DNA of 32,000 nt, from NCBI GenBank assembly GCA_030604855.1, contig JAUVVC010000010.1:20663-52662 (forward strand), written 5' to 3'. Source of the stretch: Erysipelotrichaceae bacterium (GTDB taxonomy: Bacteria; Bacillota_I; Bacilli_A; Erysipelotrichales; Erysipelotrichaceae). The notes beneath the pieces are model-generated. The model did not search any database and was not told the DNA's origin. It saw nothing but the letters and a program-made list of their open reading frames with translations. The translations under genes were made by a program, and so were the position numbers. Shown piece by piece: positions 25,346 through 32,000 of the stretch (position 1 is the first letter of the stretch; each line of letters begins with the position of its first letter).

Positions 25346-25419
25346 TGGCAGGGGTAACAGGAGTTGAACCCGTATCAGCGGTTTTGGAGACCGATATTCT
25401 ACCATTGAACTATACCCCT
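25346..25419 (-). tRNA. trnW: tRNA-Trp (anticodon CCA), 74 nt with encoded 3' CCA
   Basis: The reverse complement reads AGGGGTA-TA-GTTC-AATGGTA-GAAT-A-TCGGT-CTCCAAA-ACCGC-TGAT-ACGGG-TTCAACT-CCTGT-TACCCCT-G-CCA. It has a perfect 7-bp acceptor stem, a T-loop TTCAACT and an anticodon loop CT-CCA-AA. There is one mismatch at the top of the anticodon stem (27:43, T/C). Confidence 0.9.
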
Positions 25420-25497
25420 AAACGCTTACTTATAATACCATAAGAGAATACCCATTTCAACTAGAAATGAATGTCCAAACTCTGTATAATTGATGTG

Positions 25498-26022
25498 ATG
25501 AAAACAATTATGGACGAAAGCATGATCGCTCGTACCTTGGTACGGGTGACGCATGAAATCATAGAAAAAAATAAAGGCGTCGAACACATCATCCTCGTAG
25601 GAATCAAGACGCGGGGTGAGAATTTGGCCAAGCGCATCGCGGAAAACATCAAACGTTTCGAAGGGGTTGATGTTCAAACATATGGTTTTGATATCCGTTT
25701 TTGGCGGGATGATATTGATAAGACGGGCATTGAGAAACCAAAAATGGACTGGGATGTGAATCAAAAGACCGTGGTTTTGGTGGACGATGTCTTGTATAAA
25801 GGCCGTACGGTCAGAGCGGCGATGGATGGCGTCATGAGCTATGGCCGACCTCAGTCCATACAACTTGCTGTCCTAGTCGATCGAGGTCATCGGGAGTTAC
25901 CCATACGTGCCGATGTGGTGGGTAAGAATGTCCCGACATCGCATGAAGAATCCGTTAAGGTTACATTGAAAGAAGTGGATGGGACGGATGCTGTGCTCAT
26001 CTTGGAAAGGATTGATGGATGA
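25498..26022 (+). CDS. pyrR: Bifunctional pyrimidine regulatory protein / uracil phosphoribosyltransferase PyrR
   Basis: 174 aa from ATG 25498 (alternative upstream ATG at 25471). [44 protein letters not shown] aligns with the PyrR N-terminus, and the PRPP loop is [19 protein letters not shown]. Confidence 0.88.
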   Translation: MKTIMDESMIARTLVRVTHEIIEKNKGVEHIILVGIKTRGENLAKRIAENIKRFEGVDVQTYGFDIRFWRDDIDKTGIEKPKMDWDVNQKTVVLVDDVLYKGRTVRAAMDGVMSYGRPQSIQLAVLVDRGHRELPIRADVVGKNVPTSHEESVKVTLKEVDGTDAVLILERIDG

Positions 26023-26828
26023 TGTGGATCGCTCTAGCCATCTTTTCTTTTTTTTGTTTGTTTGTCGTTTATTTTTATCGTCCCAACGGACGGATGCGTA
26101 AAACCAAGTTGTGTACGAATCACTATGCGCATCGAGGTCTATATGACCATGGCTCGGGAATACCTGAGAACAGCATGATGGCATTTCGTAGAGCGAAGCA
26201 CCAAGGCTATGGGTGTGAGTTGGATGTGCAATGTACCAAGGATGGAAAGCTTGTTGTGTTTCATGATGATGATCTGAAACGTTTGACTGGAGTAGAGGGC
26301 TTGGTGTCAGATTTCAGGTACAGCGAACTGGAAGGTTTGAGCTTATTAGGGACCAGTGAGCATATTCCTTTGTTTAAAGAGGTTTTGGATTTGGAACTGA
26401 AGGAACTTTTGATTGAAATCAAGGGTACCCAAGCACGTCAACGGGTTGTTTTAGCTCTTCTTAAGGAGCTTAAGAGTTATAAGGGCTTATTCAGTATCTG
26501 CAGTTTCGATCCATTGATTCTTTTGGAGTTGAAACGGCATGCGCCAATGATCCACAGAGGGCTGATCATGGAAGATCCTTGGTTGAATCCTAAACACTCT
26601 TGGTTGATCAAATGGGTCTTGAGTTTGGGCATCTTCGTGCCCTTGATCCATCCAGATTATCTTTCCAAAGACATCCATTACTCCATCTGGTTTTATGATT
26701 TGTTTCGGTTCTTAAAAGGACGAACAACGGTTTGGACCGTAACCAGCATTGAAGATGAACACCAAATCAAACATGAAGTCGATGGCATTATTTTTGAGCA
26801 GTATCTTCCTTATGACAAGGTCCATTAG
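26019..26828 (+). CDS. Membrane-anchored glycerophosphodiester phosphodiesterase (GDPD) family protein
   Basis: 269 aa with an N-terminal TM segment ([18 protein letters not shown]). GDPD motifs are [19 protein letters not shown] and [26 protein letters not shown]. The start overlaps the pyrR stop (ATGA). Confidence 0.88.
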   Translation: MMWIALAIFSFFCLFVVYFYRPNGRMRKTKLCTNHYAHRGLYDHGSGIPENSMMAFRRAKHQGYGCELDVQCTKDGKLVVFHDDDLKRLTGVEGLVSDFRYSELEGLSLLGTSEHIPLFKEVLDLELKELLIEIKGTQARQRVVLALLKELKSYKGLFSICSFDPLILLELKRHAPMIHRGLIMEDPWLNPKHSWLIKWVLSLGIFVPLIHPDYLSKDIHYSIWFYDLFRFLKGRTTVWTVTSIEDEHQIKHEVDGIIFEQYLPYDKVH

Positions 26829-26865
26829 ACCAAACATTCATTCAGTGATAGAATTGTAGGAGACC

Positions 26866-28269
26866 ATGAACTTACTAAAGAAAATATTCGCCGTTGAAAA
26901 CTTAATTCCAAAAGCCTATCGCACCAACCCTTTGCCCACAAGCAAAGAGATCTATCAAAAGACCCTAAAAATAGCTTGGCCTTCAGCGATGGAGGCTATT
27001 TTAATTAGCTTGATCGGAGCAGTGGATATGATGATGGTCGGAGGCATTGGGACCAATGCGATCGCGGCCGTAGGCATCACAACCCAACCGAAGTTCTTAA
27101 TGATGAGCTTGGTCTTGGCATTGAATGTTGGGACCACCGTCATCATTTCACGTCGGAAAGGTCAAAATAATCAAGAAGGCGCACGTAAAGCATTACGCAA
27201 TGCCTTGATTTTGAGTGTAGGCATCGCGATCGTCACAACAATCATCGGCATCGTATATGCACGACCCTTTCTCTTGTTTGCGGGAGCAAACTTGGATTAT
27301 CTGATGGATGCGATTCTTTATTTTAGAATCGTTATGGTTGGGAATGCGTTCTATCTGATCAGTTTGACCTTGACCGCTGCGCAACGTGGGGTTGGGAACA
27401 CAAAGATTTCCTTATTTACCAATCTCAGTGCGAATATCGTCAACGTCGTGTTCAACTATCTGTTGATCAATGGAATCTGGATCTTTCCACGCTGGGGTAT
27501 TGCAGGAGCGGCGGTTGCGACTTCGATGGGAAATGTCGTAGCTTTAGTTCTCGCCATTTACAACATCTCGAAGAAAGATAATTTTCTGCACATCAATTTC
27601 AAACAGAATTGGTCGTTGGATAAAGAGACATTACAAACCATCTGGAAGATATCTTCTTCTGCTTTGGTTGAACAAGTCTTCATCCGCATCGGCTTCATGA
27701 TGTATGCGAAGGCCGTTGCCGGTTTGGGTACCTTGGAATTTGCGACCCACTACATTGTCATGCAGGTCATGAGTTTGACCTTCAGTGTCGGCGATGGCTT
27801 GTCGATTGCGACTTCATCTTTGGTTGGTCAAAGCTTGGGGGCAAGGCGTACCGACTTGGCATACATTCATGGCAAAGTGTCACAGCGCATCGGCTTTGTC
27901 ATATCCTTGACTTTAGCTGTGGTGATCATTCTGAATCGCTATCTGATCATCGCTTTGTTCAGTCGCAATCGTGAGATCATCCTGTTGGGTGGACAGATCC
28001 TCATCATCCTAAGTTTCATCATTCAGTTTCAAATCGCGCAGGTCATTACGGTGGGAAGTTTGCGGGGTGCAGGGGATGTGAAGTTCGTCGCGACACTGTC
28101 TTTGATCAGTGTCACCCTCTTGCGTCCAGTCTTGACATACATCCTGGCGTATAGCTTTGGTTTTGGTTTATATGGGGCTTGGTTCAGTGTGGTTTTTGAT
28201 CAAATGATCCGTTATGTATTCTCGCGTGTACGTTTCAAAAATGCGGAATGGATCAAAATCGAAGTATAA
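26866..28269 (+). CDS. MATE-family efflux transporter
   Basis: 467 aa with 12 predicted TM segments. The N-terminus (...IYQKTLKIAWPSAMEAILISLIGAVDMMMVGGIGTNAIAAVGI) is typical of MATE/NorM-like proteins. TAGGAGA RBS. Confidence 0.92.
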   Translation: MNLLKKIFAVENLIPKAYRTNPLPTSKEIYQKTLKIAWPSAMEAILISLIGAVDMMMVGGIGTNAIAAVGITTQPKFLMMSLVLALNVGTTVIISRRKGQNNQEGARKALRNALILSVGIAIVTTIIGIVYARPFLLFAGANLDYLMDAILYFRIVMVGNAFYLISLTLTAAQRGVGNTKISLFTNLSANIVNVVFNYLLINGIWIFPRWGIAGAAVATSMGNVVALVLAIYNISKKDNFLHINFKQNWSLDKETLQTIWKISSSALVEQVFIRIGFMMYAKAVAGLGTLEFATHYIVMQVMSLTFSVGDGLSIATSSLVGQSLGARRTDLAYIHGKVSQRIGFVISLTLAVVIILNRYLIIALFSRNREIILLGGQILIILSFIIQFQIAQVITVGSLRGAGDVKFVATLSLISVTLLRPVLTYILAYSFGFGLYGAWFSVVFDQMIRYVFSRVRFKNAEWIKIEV

Positions 28270-28332
28270 ATTTGGCGTTCATATTATCCCCAAATGGGGT
28301 ATAATTATATATGGCAAATAAGGAGGACATCT

Positions 28333-31300
28333 ATGTCTAAACGTTTTATGACTATGGATGGTAACAACGCAACAGCACACGTCGCGTATGCGTTTACAGA
28401 AGTTGCGGCCATCTATCCGATTACGCCGTCTTCGACCATGGCAGAATTGGTTGATGCATGGGCTAGTCAAGGCAGAAAAAATTTATTTGGTTCAGTTGTC
28501 AAGGTTGTGGAAATGCAATCGGAAGCCGGTGCGGCTGGGGCTGTGCATGGTGCTTTACAAGGTGGAACCTTGGCTTCGACGTTTACAGCATCACAAGGTT
28601 TATTATTAATGATTCCAAACATCTACAAATGGGTAGGTGAGTTGATTCCAGGTGTCATCCATGTTTCTGCACGTTCTTTAGCAACACGTGCATTGTCGAT
28701 TTTTGGTGACCACCAAGATATTTATGCGATCCGTCAAACGGGTGCTCCAATGATTTCATCTCATTCCGTTCAGGAAGCGATGGATTTGGCGGGTGTGGCT
28801 CACTTGACAGCAATCAAGGCGAGTGTTCCGGTTGTCCATTTCTTTGATGGTTTCAGAACATCCCATGAAATTCAAAAAATTGAAGTCATCGATACCGATA
28901 AGTTGAAAGAATGGATCGATAAAGATGGTTTGGAAAACTTCCGTGCGAAAGCTTTGAATCCACATACGAATCCAGTGACCCGTGGTGGTGCTGAGAACGA
29001 TGATGTCTATTTCCAAGGTCGTGAAGCTCAGAACTTGCATTATGCGAATGTTTTACCCGTCGTAGAAGATTATTTTGCGAAGGTGTCCGAATTAACCGGT
29101 CGTCACTATGCTCCATTTGTCTATTATGGAGCTGAAGATGCGACACGTGTCATCGTTGCGATGGGTTCCGTTACGGAAACCGCTCGTGAAGTCGTCGATG
29201 AATTGAATGCGCGTGGTGAGAAAGTTGGTTTGGTTAAAGTTCATCTTTACCGCCCATTCTCAACCGATCATTTGGTGAACGTATTGCCTAAGACGGTCAC
29301 ACACGTGGCTGTCATGGATCGTACCAAAGAAATGGGTGCTCATGAACCGTTGTTCTTGGATGTTCACCAATCTTTGGTCAATCAAAACAACATTAAGCTC
29401 ATCATTGGTGGACGTTATGGTTTGTCCAGCAAGGATACGCAACCTAAAGATATCAAAGCTGTTTATGATCACTTGTTCAGCGAAAATCCATTTGATGGTT
29501 TCACCATTTCAATCAATGACGACGTCACGTTCAAATCCTTGAAGGTGGATGAAGACTTTGAAGTCAAGATGGATTACACATCCTGCTTGTTCTATGGTTT
29601 GGGATCTGATGGTACGGTTAGTGCCAATAAGAACTCGATCAAGATCATCGGGGATCACACGGATTTATATAGCCAAGCTTACTTCGCGTATGACTCGAAG
29701 AAGGCGGGTGGTGTCACACGTTCATTCTTGCGTTTTGGACCTAGTCCGATTCACTCGACTTACTATGTAAACAATGCGGACTTCATTTCATGTTCATTGG
29801 ATTCCTTCTTGGTTCGTTATGACATGATCAAGAACTTGAAGAAGGGTGGTACGTTCTTATTGAACACCGGCTTCAAGAAAGAAGACATTGAAGCACAATT
29901 GCCTAATCGTGTTAAGAAGCAATTGGCTCAGAAGAAAGCAAAATTCTTTATCATTGATGCGACGAAGATCGCCGAAGAAATCGGTATGGGTCGTCGTACC
30001 AACACCATTCTCCAATCCTCGTTCTTTGCCTTGAATGAAACCATCATTCCTTATGCACAAGCTTTGGACTACATGAAAGAAATGGCAAAGAAATCCTATC
30101 AAAAGAAGGGTGACGAAGTCGTCGAACTCAACTGGAAGGCCATCGATGAAGGTAAGAACGGTTTGGTTCAAATCGAAGTCAAACCGGAATGGGCTGACTT
30201 GACGGTGGCTCGTACACGTCGTACAACCGGCGATGAATACTTCGATACTCATGTCGATGTCATCAACGCTTTGGATGGTTACGATATGCCTGTTTCAGCC
30301 TTCACCAAACATGGTTTGTTGGATGGTTCGTTTAGAAACAACGTAGCATTCAGCGAACACCGTGCGATTGCGACGCAAGTCCCACAATGGCATGAAGAGA
30401 ACTGTATCCAATGTGGTATCTGTTCATTCGTATGTCCACACAGCACGATTCGTACATTCTTGCTCAATGAACAAGAAATCCAGAATGCGCCAATGGAATT
30501 CGCAACCTTGCAGGCAGTTGGTAAGGGTGTTGAAGAACTCCGTTACCGTGTCATGGTTTCACCGGACAACTGTGTCGGTTGTGCACTTTGTGTCACCGAA
30601 TGTCCAGGTAAAGGTGGTAAGAAAGCTCTTACGATGGAAGATGTTCATGAACGTCTCCATGAAGCGCCTTTGGCAGATTACATCTATAAGAACACCACTT
30701 ACAAATCTGAATACATGCCGACCGATACGATTAAGGGTTCTCAGTTCTTGATGCCTTACTTCGAAGTATCCGGTGCATGTGCAGGTTGTGGTGAAACACC
30801 ATACTATCGTTTGGTATCGCAACTCTTTGGTCGCGATATGATGATTGCGAATGCGACAGGTTGTACATCGATCTATTGTGGTTCCGCTCCTTCGACACCG
30901 TTTGTGACGGATAAAGATGGTGAGGGGATCGCTTGGGGTAACTCCTTATTTGAAGACAATGCGGAATACGGTTACGGTATGAAGGTTGCCCAAGAATTCA
31001 AGGCAAATCGTATCGTTGAAATCTTGAATGAAATCAATGCGAGTGCGGAAGGTGATGTCAAGGCGGCGATCGATGCTTACTTGGCGGTCAAGGGCAATCG
31101 AAATGAAGAACGTAAGGTTGTTAAGGAATTGCTTGCGGCACTTGAAAACTGCACACATCCACGTGTTGGCGAAGTCGTTGAAATGAAACGCGACTTGGTC
31201 TCCAACTCCGTATGGATCGTTGGTGGCGATGGTTGGGCTTATGACATCGGTTACGGTGGCTTGGATCACGTCATTGCGAACAACTTGAATGTGAACATCA

Positions 31301-31842
31301 TGGTCTTGGATACGGAAGTCTACTCAAATACGGGTGGTCAATCCTCCAAGTCGTCTCAAGCAGCTTCGATTGCGAAATTTGCGGCAGGTGGTAAGCCTAC
31401 AGCGAAGAAAGACCTCGGTCAAATCGCGATGGCTTATGGACATGTTTATGTCGCTTCCATCTCCATGGGTGCGAACCGCATGCATACCATCAAGGCTTTG
31501 AAAGAAGCTGAAGCGTATGATGGACCATCGGTGATCTTGGCTTACTCCCCATGTATCGAACACGGTATCAAGGGTGGTTTGGCGAATCATCAAGTCCAAC
31601 AAAAGAAAGCTGTTGAAAGTGGTTATTGGACACTTTACCGCTACAATCCATTGAATACGGAAAAACCATTGACAATCGATTCGAAAGAACCGGATTTCTC
31701 GAAGTTTAGAGAGTTCGTCATGAACGAAACACGTTTCAATCAGTTGCCATTCGTTAATGCGGATCAAGCTGAGTACCTCCTCCAAAAATCTGAGGAAGAT
31801 GCGAAGAAACGTTACACACGTTTGGTTAAATTAGCAGCTTAA
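28333..31842 (+). CDS. nifJ: Pyruvate:ferredoxin (flavodoxin) oxidoreductase
   Basis: 1169 aa from ATG 28333 (AGGAGGA RBS). The N-terminus is MTMDGNNATAHVAYAFTEVAAIYPITPSS. It has two 4Fe-4S motifs (CIQCGICSFVCPH, CVGCALCVTECP) and the TPP-binding motif GGDGWAYDIGYGGLDH. Confidence 0.97.
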   Translation: MSKRFMTMDGNNATAHVAYAFTEVAAIYPITPSSTMAELVDAWASQGRKNLFGSVVKVVEMQSEAGAAGAVHGALQGGTLASTFTASQGLLLMIPNIYKWVGELIPGVIHVSARSLATRALSIFGDHQDIYAIRQTGAPMISSHSVQEAMDLAGVAHLTAIKASVPVVHFFDGFRTSHEIQKIEVIDTDKLKEWIDKDGLENFRAKALNPHTNPVTRGGAENDDVYFQGREAQNLHYANVLPVVEDYFAKVSELTGRHYAPFVYYGAEDATRVIVAMGSVTETAREVVDELNARGEKVGLVKVHLYRPFSTDHLVNVLPKTVTHVAVMDRTKEMGAHEPLFLDVHQSLVNQNNIKLIIGGRYGLSSKDTQPKDIKAVYDHLFSENPFDGFTISINDDVTFKSLKVDEDFEVKMDYTSCLFYGLGSDGTVSANKNSIKIIGDHTDLYSQAYFAYDSKKAGGVTRSFLRFGPSPIHSTYYVNNADFISCSLDSFLVRYDMIKNLKKGGTFLLNTGFKKEDIEAQLPNRVKKQLAQKKAKFFIIDATKIAEEIGMGRRTNTILQSSFFALNETIIPYAQALDYMKEMAKKSYQKKGDEVVELNWKAIDEGKNGLVQIEVKPEWADLTVARTRRTTGDEYFDTHVDVINALDGYDMPVSAFTKHGLLDGSFRNNVAFSEHRAIATQVPQWHEENCIQCGICSFVCPHSTIRTFLLNEQEIQNAPMEFATLQAVGKGVEELRYRVMVSPDNCVGCALCVTECPGKGGKKALTMEDVHERLHEAPLADYIYKNTTYKSEYMPTDTIKGSQFLMPYFEVSGACAGCGETPYYRLVSQLFGRDMMIANATGCTSIYCGSAPSTPFVTDKDGEGIAWGNSLFEDNAEYGYGMKVAQEFKANRIVEILNEINASAEGDVKAAIDAYLAVKGNRNEERKVVKELLAALENCTHPRVGEVVEMKRDLVSNSVWIVGGDGWAYDIGYGGLDHVIANNLNVNIMVLDTEVYSNTGGQSSKSSQAASIAKFAAGGKPTAKKDLGQIAMAYGHVYVASISMGANRMHTIKALKEAEAYDGPSVILAYSPCIEHGIKGGLANHQVQQKKAVESGYWTLYRYNPLNTEKPLTIDSKEPDFSKFREFVMNETRFNQLPFVNADQAEYLLQKSEEDAKKRYTRLVKLAA

Positions 31843-31847
31843 GCCTT

Positions 31848-31875
31848 AAGGATGACATAAAGTCATCCTTTTTTT
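31848..31875 (+). terminator. Strong rho-independent terminator of nifJ
   Basis: AAGGATGAC(31848-31856)-ATAAA-GTCATCCTT(31862-31870) forms a 9-bp stem followed by TTTTT-G-TT. Confidence 0.85.
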
Positions 31876-31883
31876 GTTCATAA

Positions 31884-31906
31884 AACCCCCAGATAGTCTG
31901 GGGGTT
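31884..31906. other. GC-rich hairpin of unclear role
   Basis: AACCCCCAG-ATAGT-CTGGGGGTT forms a 9-bp stem. There is no U-tract on the plus strand. On the minus strand it would be followed by TTTTAT, so it could terminate a minus-strand transcript coming from beyond the window, or it could be part of the downstream leader. Confidence 0.4.
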
Positions 31907-31908
31907 CC

Positions 31909-32000
31909 GGAGAGCTTTAGCGGTGTATTCCTGACAAAAAAAGCTCCTTCTGGTAGGATAAAAGTGCAGTCTGTCAATTGCGCTTAACAACCAGAAGGAG
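31909..32000 (+). promoter_or_regulatory. Candidate structured 5' leader with an anti-SD/SD helix (truncated by the window end)
   Basis: CTCCTTCTGGT (31944-31954) is perfectly complementary to ACCAGAAGGAG (31990-32000). The latter contains an SD-like AGAAGGAG at the window edge. A competing helix GAGCTTT(31912-31918)/AAAGCTC(31940-31946) overlaps the anti-SD arm. Confidence 0.3.

Noticed and set aside
25426-25863. A 145-aa ORF on the minus strand
   Set aside because: It is antisense to pyrR and would run into the tRNA-Trp gene region. It has no RBS or family features, so it is a shadow ORF.
28288-28299. CCCC-AAAT-GGGG hairpin between the MATE gene and nifJ as a terminator
   Set aside because: The stem is only 4 bp and there is no U-tract, so it is more likely coincidental. 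A TATAAT at 28300-28305 may be the nifJ -10, but it lacks a properly spaced -35.
31324-31785. A 153-aa minus-strand ORF, together with similar ones at 29857-30252, 30946-31269, 28756-29146, 18935-19363, 18494-18826, 16621-17093 and 2871-3263
   Set aside because: All are antisense to long, strongly conserved genes (nifJ, the ABC exporters, ntpA). They arise because stop codons are rare in the antisense frame, and nothing supports them independently.
1-32000. CRISPR arrays, IS elements or transposases, integrases, rRNA genes and long tandem repeats
   Set aside because: I looked for regularly spaced direct repeats, terminal inverted repeats flanking ORFs, and transposase- or integrase-like translations in all six frames. 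None was seen.

Overview
The window looks like chromosomal DNA from a moderately AT-rich, low-GC Gram-positive anaerobe. This is inferred from strong GGAGG-type ribosome-binding sites, TGnTATAAT extended -10 promoters, a V-type ATPase and pyruvate:ferredoxin oxidoreductase; the organism cannot be named from the sequence alone. Gene content is mostly housekeeping and transport. In order: the distal part of a V-type ATPase operon (I-K-F-E-A-B-D); a small HTH-like ORF followed by ptsI; proC-azlC-azlD on the minus strand; a DUF2721 protein; a DMT transporter paired with an isochorismatase-family hydrolase; an ABC-2 exporter pair; plsY with an unknown polytopic membrane protein; a MarR regulator with a heterodimeric ABC exporter; an AEC-family permease; DUF302; a two-gene AmmeMemoRadiSam locus; a GNAT; DUF4177; a decayed RelB/RelE toxin-antitoxin module next to tRNA-Trp(CCA); pyrR-GDPD-MATE; and nifJ (PFOR). 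I found no CRISPR array, rRNA, IS element or intact prophage gene. The most interesting items are listed below.
- The compact AmmeMemoRadiSam variant, which fuses an extradiol-dioxygenase-B/Memo-like domain to AMMECR1 and adds a radical SAM enzyme. Its function is unknown.
- The triply lesioned toxin-antitoxin remnant beside the tRNA.
- A roughly 150-aa extracytoplasmic insertion in one subunit of the asymmetric ABC exporter.
- Two candidate leaderless transcripts.
- A structured leader at the 3' window edge that could sequester a Shine-Dalgarno sequence.
All family assignments rest on motifs read by eye in the supplied translations. No database search was run.
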